The translations under genes and the position numbers were made by a program. A stretch of 64,000 nt of DNA from Azolla caroliniana. Its lineage: Eukaryota > Plantae > Polypodiophyta. The stretch's first letter is position 1. Every line of letters begins with the position of its first letter. The notes below the pieces were generated by a model. It was not told where the DNA came from, made no database searches, and saw only the letters and a list, made by a program, of their open reading frames with translations. The stretch is from positions 12,090,001 through 12,154,000 of the forward strand of contig JBHGNT010000022.1 of the NCBI GenBank assembly GCA_043228905.1, written 5' to 3'. Below, piece by piece: positions 48,901 through 62,200 of this stretch.

Positions 48901-51900
48901 AAAAATGAGATCAACAAATGCCGCAATATTAGGTATTTGAGCAGAGTTGCACATGGAATGAACTCGGGATATGGAGGATCATTGTCACATGGACAATCTG
49001 AAAACAATGATTCACCTAGTGTTGGCATTGGAATAACTCGTATCGAACATAGTGCTGGTTTACATCAAAGTAATCTCACACACTTGCAGTCTCAAGCTTG
49101 GCATCAGGAACTGATAAGTAGAGAGAGAGAAGAAAGTCGACGTGAGGACCTTAGAAGCAATAGCCATGCAAGTTCGAATGTAATTTTACCCAGGGGAAGT
49201 CAATATAAGTCAAGAGAAGAATGTGGACACGAGGAGCTCAGAATCATCAGTCATACAAATTCACATGCAATATTGGAAAGAGGAAGACAAGACAACTCAA
49301 GAGGTGAAGCAGTAAATGTGACCAATCTTATCGAAAATGGACCAAAGAAAAATAAAGAACTTGGTCTGGAACATAGTGATGAGGATTTGGATGATTTCTG
49401 GTGGCCTGGAGACACAACTCCATTGTCACCGACTTTACCAGAAATACCTTCTCCGTCTAGGGGTGAGGTGGGTTTGTATTTAAACTCCGTTTCAGGAGAA
49501 GCTTCTTGTGTGATGGTAAACAACCAAGATAAGGCTCAGCAAAATCTCAACAGATCAGAGATCTGTAGTGTGGAACATGACAGTAATTCAATGATCAAAT
49601 CAAATACAAAGTCTGTGTGCAAAATGGGTGTTGATAATCTGTATGTTGGTCCTAACAATTTCACTGAAATAACCAATGGTTGTGCTGACACTGAAATAAA
49701 GAGTGCTAAAGCTGATAGTCATTCCCCAATGACTGAGCAAAATCCGGCATCTTTTATTGATCATCTTGAATGGATTGAGTCAGATCCAAAGTCTGAATGT
49801 ACCGTTGGGGCGTGTCATGTTGAATTCACTAATATTCATGAGATGCAAAATGGTGAACTGGATCATGTCAAATTAATAACAGAACTACCTGAATCAGAAG
49901 CTGGGATGCAAAGTGCTAAACGTAAGGTTGGAAGCTCTGTGAGGGTTGAGCTGAATGGAAAGTCTGGTTGTGAGGTTGATCTAGTGAATACCAGAAGTAA
50001 TGGATGTGCTAATGATGTCTCTGAACTAGGTATCATACCTATGGATGCTGAGAAGGAAATGGTTGAATCTCGACAGGATTCAGATGTTATTGTTTTGAAC
50101 TCGATAAAAACTGTCTTACATTTGGAAAATCAGATGGAGAACTTCAACGCATCCAAGGAAGCCACAGCTTTGCCAGACAATGCGCTTGACATGCACACCA
50201 CCTTGGATAAACAGATTGAAGAGCGGCCATTTCACTCTGACACTAGCATACCTCACCATACCTATGATGTGGTTCTTCCTCAGGTGTTAAATTCTGATTC
50301 ACTTCATGAGTCAGTTTCTTTACCTGACAATGCATCTACAGATAAACTTGGGCCCGACGTGTACACTCTATTAGATAAAGAAAGTAGAGAGCACCAATTT
50401 GATAATCCTGCATTTGAAACTGTTGATAAAAACACAATGGATGAAATCAACAACTTTCTTGATATTTTGCTGCCTTTGCCACTACACCATAATGCTTCTA
50501 CATCAAGTCATCCTTGTGCTATACAGAAATTGGACAATGTGGTTAAAGATTCCAATGGGGTCATTTCTATGGTTGAGAAGGATGCAGACCCCAACAATAA
50601 CCGTGGAGCAACTGTTGAGTGTTCTTCCCAAGATAGAGAAATGTTCAGAGCTTCGGAGATCTCCTCTGCTCGACAAAGGTTAGATGTAATAGAAAATCAC
50701 TTAATTCTGCTAACAGAGGGTACCTCAACTGCACAATTGCAAGGAGATAAAGGATCAATATTAGAAACAGAAAATATCTCAGGCATACCACCAGCTAACT
50801 CTCTTTGCCAAAATCCTCACGAAGTGTGCTTGATTCAAGCATTTGATTTGGAGATATTGGAAGTCAAAACCAAAGTCATAGCTGCATGTATTAGTGTCAT
50901 TGAACTTGAAGGCTATTTTTCACGTGCACATTCTGATAAAGAGGTGATGAACTGTGGAGAAGAGTTCCGTCTGAGGATTGACAATGCAGATATTCCTATC
51001 CAGTAAGTATGATAGTTCAGCAGGATATATTACATTTCAGAAGAATTTCCTGCCTGGAAATATCAAATTGAACCTTTTGTTTGCATTGTCGATTTTTTAG
51101 TGTGTGTGCATTTTGAAACTTTTGGTGGTTCCCTTGCAGATATATAGCGTGTAGTCTTATATCTATTGTGGTAGGTCTTGTGAAGGTGGAAAGCAAAGAA
51201 GAAGGCCAGCATCCTAAATTGAATCCGATAGACTCTTTTATTAAGGTTTTTATAGCCTTCGTCAGATCTGGTATAAAGTGTTTTGACTCTTTAACATTTA
51301 TGTATGAATTGGATCAATCTTTGGCTTGATTCTTCTCACTTAAATATTTTCCTTTGTTCTGCAGTATTCAGAGATGCAGCCAATTTAATATTTGACAGTG
51401 TCTTTGCCCAATTAGGGAGTTTTTTGAATGAAGGCAAGATAACGGTGCTGACTTTCAAAGGATTGGAATGTTTCAATCTAGATGATTTTAGGGCTCCAAG
51501 AGTAGGAAATGACATAAATTACATGTCATTTCGGTACTCAGAGGCTACATTGGAGGATGTCTGTGCTGGAAGTAAGGTATTGGCTGGATTATGTCAAGTT
51601 CTTTCTTGTGTGAATCACTTGCAAAATGTGGTTTATGAGCTTCTTGGCTGCTGTGACAAGGATACCACATGGCTTCTTACAGTTTTCTCTTCCTTTGCTT
51701 CCACATGTGGACACACTGCATTTGTGGTGGAGGCAGATGATCTCCTCGGACGTGCTATTTGTTCCATCATCATAGAGCTTGTGATTAGTGTTGAACAGGA
51801 AAAAGTAAAAAGCAATGAAACCGCTCAGAGCTCTGTACTGCCAAGTTCAATGAGATTGGCAGTTCTGACCAAAGCCCTTGATGCAAGAGGAAGGTCAAAT

Positions 51901-53455
51901 GTGGAGGATGTTGTGTTGGAAGCTGTGGCAGCTATTCAATATGTTCTTGGTTCATATGAGGCCCTGGTGTCAGGGTCTAATCCTGATCCAAAAGAGAAGA
52001 GTGAAGATTGCAGTACACACAGACAGATGTTTCAAAGTGTTCAAGAAAAAGAATCAAGTTTATGTGAAGAGAATAGATCTTCAAAAATACTTGAAACAAA
52101 GGATTTTCCTGCATTGTGTGAGACAACTGATCTTCACAGATTGAAAGAGTGGCAAAGAAAGTATACAGACGCGGTTGGGGCATTGGAATTGATATCAACT
52201 TTCATGGTAAGTCTTATATGTATATTCACCCCTCAAATTTCTTCAACTTGACCAGAGAATAGTTTCTCTCTGATATGATGAGTTTCCAAATTAAATTCCT
52301 GAATATTGCATGATTTAACAAAGTAAATAAGCTGAAGGATGCATTTGTTCATTTATTTATTTACAGGGGTGGGAATGGACTTACAATAATCTCATAATCA
52401 GGTGGCTATGGAGAATTATAGTGTCTGGTACTGTGCAAATTCAGGTTGCAGGTGTAATGCATGTTGTAAATATGCTAGCAAGGTAAGGACAATGTTTTCA
52501 GTCGTTATCTGTGAAGTTGTTTTTGATCAAATGAGTAAATAGGAAAGCTTCATGATATTGTTTCTGTGTGATTTTTCTTTTTGCAAAAATCCTCAATGTC
52601 TCAATTAGTCATTAATTCATTTTAAGATGTTGAGTATTTTTGTAAGATTAGGCAAGATCTTTGACGTTTGAGCAAAACTTACCCTTTTTTACTTCAAAAC
52701 AATAAATGTGCCTGAGAATATGATAACTGTAAAAACTATTACAAGGATCCTAAACTAGTCTCTAAGTTGCATGAATGAGAACGTAGTGTGGAGGGCTATA
52801 AGGCTGTTCTGCAACATCCATCTCACTACTTCCAAGTGGCATGTATAGAAACAATCATGAAGAATGCAAAATGTCTATTTGTTCATTCTACTTCTTCCCC
52901 CATAAACCACATGTGCAAAGAATCTCGGAAAAAACTATGACAAGTCAGGCAAGAATACATGGTCAAAATGGTACGAAATGTCCTCCTTGAAATTAGTATG
53001 AGAACCATATTTCCTTGTAATGCCTCAAGTAAGCTTTGCATATTGTAAACCAGCTGCATTATTGATTGTAATACCCAGTGAGCATATCTGCAAGACCAAA
53101 AGCACCGGTGTATAGATGCTACTGTATTTCATATCTTAAACTATTCGTCAAGTTGTGTAGTTTGGTTTAGTCTATATCAATAATTTCACTCACAGTAAAA
53201 GAACTCTGAAAATATGTTTGTTAATTGATTTAATTCCTGTATGAAGTTAACACTTAATAATGATCATTAAGGAATTCATTAAAGAAGGATTCTTAGAGGA
53301 TTTATGGTTTTCTTTGCAGGATAGCATTAACTGGTGGCGAAGCACTTCCTGGAATGGAGGAATTAAGAACACGAATGGTGCATGTTTTGCAGTCTACAGC
53401 TATTCTGAGTATTGCCGAAAGTGCGCCATATTTTTCTTTTCTTGCGGATGGATGA
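45978..53455 (+). CDS. MEE22: MEE22/EMB1611-like large coiled-coil protein; exons approx. 45978(or 46111)-46168, 47280-47403, 47511-47701, 47999-48094, 48167-48262, 48344-48439, 48520-51002, 51140-51270, 51365-52206, 52367-52482, 53320-53455
   Basis: N-terminal KLEKSEAGRKKLRQAISLMQEK..CEQERQRAE; PLSPTLPEI; C-terminal ATLEDVCAGSKVLAGLC...ALELISTFMGWEWTYNNLI. These match remembered family motifs. Start codon uncertain. Confidence 0.72.
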
Positions 53456-55185
53456 TTTGGTTAATGGGCTTATATAATAGTGTTTATGAAATTTTGCTCT
53501 CTGTAAGTTTGTAATATATGTGCGGAGGTATGCAAGAAAGAGGTGGTATTGAAGCAATGAGAAAAGTCCCATTTAGAATTTTACAACCTTGCCTGCAGTT
53601 ACTGGAGGATGGATGTAAATAAATAGCGAGACATCACGAGCTTTGAAGTTTGCAATGCTGAAGATGTAAATAGAGTTAGTTCTCAAGAATCAAGATTTCA
53701 AGTGAATGAACGGCATATTCTAATGCACTCAAGTTGCATATCCTTTACTTCACAATTCTTTATAATATATTGAAACACTCCACAATTCCTCTATTTTTAA
53801 TTTTAATACATCTGCAGATCTCTACCAAAAGCATGAATCACAATTGAAATCTCTATGCAACAGATTTTGGGTTGAAAACGAGAATGCAAGGTGGTGGCTG
53901 TGTGAAATTGATGACAAATATATCCTTCCTCAAATCACCCTCATATTCTTTACATTCAAAGCATGGTTTTTTCCAACCATGTTTAGAGTTATCATTTCAA
54001 AGTACAAACCTACATGTTAAAAAAATAAGCTTAAACTGGACAAAAGTCTAACGAACATTAAATCACGCCATACAAATCTTGTTGCATAGGAAGTTGAGAT
54101 TCGAGAAAGAATAGGTTACTAAACAGTCTAAAGACATACAAGAAGTTTTTGACATTTGATCTTTGTTTCTTTCAAAGCATTATCTTCAACTGTTCTCAGA
54201 CTACCCATTAATAGTCAGACTGTTCCATATTCTAACATCTCATCAGCATTCGGACAAGATGGGTTATGAACTGAAACCCCTACCAAATTTGGGATAAAGA
54301 CGAAAAGAAGTTTCATTTTTATTCAGCTCCACTACCCAGATATCTTCTACCAAAATGGGGCATTTAACAAATTCATTAAGATTTCTAGGTGGCATCTTCA
54401 ATTGGTTTGAGAGGTCAATGTTCTAAGATCTCATTAGCATTTGTTAGCCCCTAAGAAAATTTAGGGTAACGGAAGTAGTTCCATTTTTATTCAAATCCAA
54501 GACACAGAAATCCCCAAAAAAATCAGGCCTTTAACCCAGTCACTATTTTGAGTTCTGGGTGGTGTTGGCTATGTTACAGATTTTCACGTGCAGACTCTTT
54601 AAACATATTCTGACATTGCTATAATCAAATTACCAACCAAACACATGTGCATGGATTTAAATTGCAAGACTTTAAATAACCAATGACACGAGGCTGGAGA
54701 AATTATCATAAACATATACTTTTGAGTATGGTTGAAGGATACATTCTAATAAACCATCTATTGATAAGACCTTTAGTTCCAAGTAACTTACTTTTTGTTC
54801 ATCTTCAAGTAAATTAATTTCAAACAAATATATCAGGAGGTACATACATAACTTCTTAGTTTTCAGGTTTATAAACTCAAACACGATCTCTTTGAGTCAG
54901 TCCTTGCTAATTTTTAACAGCTGGACATAAATATTACAGCCTTTTAAAATAGCAAAAGATGAACACAAACACCTGACCACCCAATGTATATTATGCATAG
55001 GCTGTTAGTTAAAAGTATCTACTTTGCAATATTTGTATTTGATTAAACCAGAAAAGTTTCAGATTCTGCACTAGGATCAGTAGAAGAATCAGGTTCGTGA
55101 GTGCTCTACATTTGCACTAACTCGCACCATTTGATTACTTAGCACTGCCACTGAAAATGTAGTTTTTCCGAAATGAAGGCAACAT

Positions 55186-57372
55186 TTATTGTATTGGTCT
55201 ACTGACGGGCTCTAAAGCTTCGATCATTACAACACTGTTCCCCCGAATCACCTATAAAATTAAATCAACCAGACAAGAAACTTTAACAACAAACTTCTTA
55301 AAGCAGAACCAGAATGCACCCAGCATAAAGAAGCTAGAGAGAGAAATCAAACATAGATGTGCAACACAATCAAATGACTGAATGTTAATACACAATCTTA
55401 ACTACAAAACAAATAAACACATCTCCAAATTGCTCAAATAACATTTAAAGACAACAAATGTTGAAGCCCAGCCACCAAAGCAGAGGTAACAGGTGTCCGT
55501 GGACCAATTTTAAAACTAAATATAAAATATATAATAGTTTGGACGTCATGACATTGTGTATCCTAGTCACGAGTTTGGCGCTTAATTAAAACAGATGCAT
55601 CAGAGCAAGAGTTCCTTTAGGGAGAAACTCTGAATTTCATATGCCTCCACCAAAATAAAAGTCTAGTTTCTACAGTTTTTCCTCGGCCCGCAACCCACAA
55701 TTTTTTCTTTGCATCTATTTGATTCTATTCTATACCTTAAAGATGTGTTGTATTTCTTCATTTTGTAAATCATCATAATTTTTTATGCATTGCTATCTTG
55801 GGTTTGTTGTGAACATTAAATATTAACGTGCTTTGTATATATCTTGGTTATATTATTAATTTCAAAACAAATATCTTCTGTTTCTTATTTTTGGGAACAA
55901 GAAAATACACTTTCTTCTATTTCTACATTTCTTTTACCCAGCATATGGTGATAAATGCAATGAAAAACTTACAATTAAATAAATTTACAGTCTCAAAGTA
56001 AAGTCAAAGTAAATCTTGATGTGTTCTAGTAATATAAATTTACGATAATGCTCTGGTTCACATAAGGCAATGTACAACCACTTGGTATGAATTTTCTTAA
56101 GGAGAGATTTAGACTACAACCAAACTAAAATAGAAAAGAAAGAACTATTTCACATACTTCCAAAAGTCTTGTAAAAGTGCAACAAGAAGGATCCTCAACT
56201 AGCTCAACCAAACTACAAAAGATCATACTAACGGGGTGGACTCAGAGGCTAAAAATGTTTACAATGGTAAAACTATGCTATATAGAGAAATAAATCATCT
56301 ACTGAACAATGCTTTGGATCGATACACAAAGTGATGAAAGAAGATGAAACAAATCAACGCACACAGAAACCACTAAAAAGGAATGACAAGCATTATAATT
56401 CTACATATTCCTTCAGCCATATTACCCCAATGCCAACACACACCTCCTATCTCAGTGCAAGAAAGAGAAAATCTTAAAGAAGTCTGTCTGTCTCTGACTT
56501 TACCCTGGCGATAAGCCTTATTTTATTATCCTACAATGACTTTCAAGATTACATTGCAGAATGTATCAATGCCATTTAGAAATCATGTTAGTAGTTCGGA
56601 GAATAGTTAATGACTTATGAACTGCTTTACCAATATTCTATAACATTAGGAAATTTTTCCGTACAGCTAGGCAAGGTACTTTCTGTATTCCAGAGTATTA
56701 GAGGAGAAAATTTCGAATTTGTTCTTCCCCGTAATGAATTTCTTTAGTTATATTTTCTACTTTAAAAGTTGAGAGATGAGACTTACCACCATGCCTATTT
56801 CATTTCTCTCATTTCCATTAATTTCTGTCGTGCCATCAAGGACAAGATTCATGAATTGATCATATCCACGCAGAGTCCCAACAACGACCCGGTTTGCATT
56901 CAGCTTAACTGCTCCAGAATCATGTGAAAAAAAATGAGAAGCAAGAAAGAACAGAATAAACACCAAAAAATGACTCGCAGTAACATTGTAAAAGAAGAAG
57001 AAGAAGAAGAACTCACTGTTGAGTTTCTTGTCCATGTACCTAAAGATTATGGCGGCAGCATACAAAAGAGCAAAAACGTCAGGCAAAAATCCGAAAAGGT
57101 TAAAGCACAGCTCAAAACCGAAAAAAAAAATCTGAGAGAGAGAGAGAGAAGAAAGAGAAGAGAGACTGACTTATTGAGAGCCATAAACAAAACCCTAAAC
57201 TTAAATCTTAAAGAGAGAGAGAGAAGCGACTGACTTGTTGAGGTCTATAGAGAAAACCCTAAACCTAAACCTTAAACAGTGAAGGTGAACCCTAAACCCT
57301 ACACTCTTAACCCTAAGTGAGAGACCAAGAGACTTACTTCTTGAGATCTGGAGGCTGCCCCGATTTGCTCAT
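55186..57372 (-). CDS. SmG: Small nuclear ribonucleoprotein G (81 aa); exons 57338-57372, 57017-57039, 56787-56908, 55186-55251
   Basis: [44 protein letters not shown]...IGMVVIRGNSVVMIEALEPV. Confidence 0.97.
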
Positions 57373-57590
57373 GGCGACGACGAGTGGTAGCACACAATAT
57401 TACTCTCTGTGTCTGTCTGTGTGTCTGTGTCTTGAATGTATTGTTGAAGATTTAGGATTAGGGTTACTAAACTATCCTTCAATTTCCCTCCTCTTCTCCC
57501 CTGTCACTCTGAGTTTTTCTGTATTTCCGGAAATGCCCCCCCAAAACCAGACTATGTACATACTATACCCTCCTTCCAAAACCCTAAAAT
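57190..57590. promoter_or_regulatory. Telo-box (AAACCCTAA) cluster in SmG intron 1 and promoter
   Basis: AAACCCTAA or close variants at ~57190, ~57254, ~57288-57315, ~57458 (reverse) and ~57578; typical of plant translation and RNA-processing genes. Confidence 0.7.
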
Positions 57591-59223
57591 ACACACACAA
57601 GTGGCAAGACAGAACAAAACACAACATTCTTCACTCCATTTATTTTGCTCGCATTATTCACTCGATGATATGTCGGACCGAACTCTCGCTCATGTAAAAC
57701 GCACCAAACAAGACATGGTGTGTGCCTACCGGGCGTGGCACGCTTCTGACTGGGTCGCTCGCCACCCTATATATATACTCTTGGAGGAGACATATTCGAT
57801 GCGCCTACTCTAATGATTGCATGAGAAAACAAGGGAGTCGTTACCCCTACTCAATCAACATCAGCAAATATCATATTGGGGTAGCGGTAGCAATGGAGGC
57901 AATTATATTGTTTTCCCTGCACGATTGCTCAACTATACACATCGCAATGCTTTATCGTTTGATGATACACGGCAACAAAGCGTAAATCAAGAAGTGGAAA
58001 TTCATGTAGAAGAAAGACGTGAAGCGTTGTGTTGCAAAGGCTTCCAGTTCTAGGGTGGTGTAAGGGACTATCAAGTTTGTTTATAGTGGTCACATCCCTT
58101 ACTTTTTTGTTTCTTGTTTGCTTTGTCTTGTGTGTCTCATTTCATTTTGATTATAGGTTGGGCTTTAGACTTGAGAATACTCTTTAAAGTTCGATCGTAG
58201 ACAAGTTGCTCTAGTATAGCATGTGTACCAAGTTGTGTTTTTCATTGTTCTCTCATCCTAGATTTGCTCTCATGTATACACTCATGTGCCCCAATCTAGT
58301 AACATGGAATTTGGGTCATGCCCTTGTCATAAGGATCATAGCATCATGTTATTACTATAGTATGTGCAAGTTTCAATTATGCCCATTTGTACAAACTTTC
58401 ACACCCATCGACAATATACCCAAGACCATTATCATAATACAAGTTCATAAAGGATTTCGATCCATGTGTGATGACTCAGCTTGTTCTTTAGATGCACAAA
58501 AACCATGCTCATTATTGACATTACCTATTCAAATTCCCTGGCAAGTTTGGAGTAATCATTTATCATTTACTTTGTTAAATGAAAAAAGGTCTTAAATAGA
58601 ACAGCAGTAGTTTAAGTAGAAGAACCATCCCCTTTTATAAACGATTCACCTTAATGATTTTTGCAAATCTTATTATGCCAAGCAAATTAGTGGGATACAA
58701 CGATGCCTTTTCCTGATCCAGAATATTAGAAATATTTGTGTACTTGCATGCAAACACACGTATGTAAATCAAATAAAAGAACATCAATCATATTCCATTC
58801 ATACAAAGAAAGTAGGAAATTTTTCCAGATCAACATTTCAACATTCCACAGTACCAAGTAACATTTATCCAGATTACACTTCGTTTCAGCCTTGTCTTCA
58901 TTTTGGCACATCCTTATTTCTTCTATGCAAAGTTTTCCAGTTCCTTAATAATTGCCAGAAACTCAATGCTCAAATGACTTCCCACAGCTACTATGCTACA
59001 CTTCGATATGGATAATTACTCTTTAATCACCCAGTTTTTTAAAACAAAAGGGAGGGTCGGGGTGCATACATGTGCATGAGAGAGAGCAGGATCACATAAA
59101 GTCAAAGGGACTGACTACTTGATAGTTGCAATATCAAGTGTATTCTCTCAAATGAGTGATTTCTTATTGAGATCATGTGTAACTAGCCATGCTATACATA
59201 TAGAGAGAAAGAGTTTCTTAATC

Positions 59224-62200
59224 TTAAGTTTCAGATGACATTTGTGATCTGAGTAAGGCTATGGTTGAACCTAGACCACCTGCCCTCCTAACCCATGCCC
59301 TATTCTGCCTACGAGACTCAGCACTCATAGGCTTTCCAACTTCACTTCCATTTCTTGACTTCTCCGATTGTACCATAGCAAGCTCTTCCTTTCTCTTCCT
59401 AAGTGCTTCAGAAATCTCTTGGCAAACTGTGAACATCAGGAGAATTAACATATATAGAATACATAAATACATACATCAACATTTATACACAAATTTTTAC
59501 ATGTAGACTACATGTAATACACATACACACACATATATATACATGCTACGTTTTATAGTATACATTATACATATATGCACAAGTAAGATGGAGCACTATT
59601 TTGTTGTACAGATCTCTGAACGATAGCACATCAAACATTTTGTATACAACAGTGGATCTAAATCCCTGTAACTAATGTCCATATCACTAACCATTGCAGG
59701 AAGTGTTGGTGACAAAAGGAAAAAAATGTATAAATTAAAAGTTCTACCCTACCGCCTTAACATAGATTTTCGTTAGCATTACTATAAACAGCACACATTC
59801 TGGGCACAACTATTTGAGCCACCTTATAAATCTTTCACTACATATACATATATGCACACACATAATACATGTATATATCGTGCATATCATACCTACATTA
59901 TACATATGCATGTATACAAATATATATATATATATAATCACATAAAGAAAATAGCCATCCTAAATAAAGAAATTAGACTTCAATGGAAAACTTTACCTGG
60001 AGTAACATCCTCTGCCGGTGTGTGTGTCTTTGATGTTGGAGTGGCAAAACTCTGTTCCTCCAAATGATTCATAGGGGTTGAGCATGTTTGTATGTCCAAA
60101 CATTGTTCAATCTCCACGTGAACATGGCTACTAAAATCTTTTATGTGATTCACAGGATTAGACGACTTGGGAGGTGCTTCTAATTCAGAAGAGTTATTCT
60201 GACCAGCACATGAAGCACCTTCTACTAACCGAATCTCAATCAAATCAACTAATAAAACCTAGAATCAAAAGAAAATTTCAGCTGCAGTTTTATAGGTAAA
60301 ATGGTAATAATATAGCATCCTAAAGGAAAATGGTTCCAACATGCATGATAGTTTTATGATCGCCCAAACTTTTCCAGCTTTATGGTTAAAAACAACATGA
60401 GATTCTGCAAAAGTAGCCTTATTAGAAACAGAATGGCATACATCCGAATTCCCTATCAAAGCTATTATATCATCTGGAACAATTTTATGGATAATTCAAT
60501 CTGAGCTATTTAGAAGAGTTAACAAAGTTCATTGCGATTGCTGAGACTATTTCGTTAAGGTCTTTTTCTATTTACTTTCTTGCTTACTTACATTTATTTT
60601 GGTTTGTTGGTTTGTTGTTCTCAACGACAAGACAACATTTGAAGACGTAATCTCTAGTTTGGTCTTGTAGGCCATATTGGCATCTTGAAAGACGTTCATA
60701 TATCTTTCTTCTTCTCTCCTATTTTCTAAAGCTTATTTAACCTCTAAAATTTTAGCAATTAAGACACCCCAGTATTTGTATATTATCTCAATTTCCACAA
60801 TTTGAGAATCTTCCTAATCTACTCATAAAACTTGAAATAAATCTCCACTTCCACACCATGCTTGTTATTGTGTGTATACACACGCCTAATGGCATGCAAT
60901 GGTTTCTCAATAAAATCATCAATGAAGAGCCCTACTGAAGAAATGAACTACAATCCTAAAATAGTTTCCTTTCTTAAAAGGCGAAAACAAGTCGAAACAT
61001 ATTACAATGAGAATGTGTGCATATTTATCGATTGAATATTTGTTCATTTCTTTATTTTTTATTTTGGAGAAGATTATGAAATTGTCGTCATTTACAACAT
61101 GAATTTTGCAATCATATAACTCACTCGATTGAAGACCTGGAAGAAAAGATAGTAATGCTAACCTCCCAAGTTTCTTCATTGTGTTCTGTTTGGTCAGGTT
61201 GATCGTCATTTACTTGCCTCACAGAGTACTTCGGGACATTCGTCACTTTTAGGATTCCAGTGACAGCTTCAACTTCAACCACCTCAGCAATCTGTAATTA
61301 TTGTAACATAATGTCATACTTGACTGTTAAAATTCTGTACGACCAATGAACTTTGCCTATGTGTTCAACTAGTTTAAATATAAACACATTTTTCTCAATG
61401 TTGACTTACACGATATTCAGAAATTTCGGGGGTCATGGAAGATGTCAACTCCAGCATACGATATGCAATAATATCACCACTCTGTAAGAAAAGAAGGTGA
61501 GCATTATATTTTTTCCATAAATACCAATACAGTAATAAACAACAGTGTTTAAAGCATACTCATGGAGTATTGATTATAGAGGACATATTTGATACTAATG
61601 TATGCGAAAGAAATGATTATTGTATTGTGTCAAGGGCTGGATATACCCAGGAGAAAGAAAAAAAGGAAAATATGTAAGATATTACAACTGGTCATTTTGT
61701 CTGGAACTGACCTGTGGAGTTCTTTCAAGAGAAGGAAGTGTTTCATATTGAATTTCTTGAACTTCATAAGATTCCATTGCTTGAGAACCAAGAAATTCCA
61801 TTCCAATGCCCTCCTTTTGATTCCTATTTCCTCTTCTCGTTTTTTCTTGCCCCCAGTTTTGGCCTTTTCTCTTGCTTATGCCATCATTCCAACTGAATGT
61901 AGGCTATTCACAATTGTTGACTTTGATCAGTACAACAATATCACTTAGTGTTCTGAAAAATTAGAACGAAGTCAAAGGTCTAAGTCACACACCATAATGG
62001 GCCGATTTTCAACATTGTCATCATCACCTAAAAAGATAAAGAATGTTTCAGTTGATAAAAAGTAATCTCCCAACATACAAAAGAAAAACCCTCTCAGATT
62101 TTAACCCAAAAGAAAAACTCGACGAATGTCATCTTGTCATGAATGCCATAAGGCTTTCAATGCATTTTTGCAACTTGACAAGGCTGGAGATGTTTTACCT

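Noticed and set aside
57190-57315. Interstitial telomere or telomerase RNA template
   Set aside because: Dispersed telo-boxes in the first intron of a housekeeping gene; no Pol III USE promoter seen.
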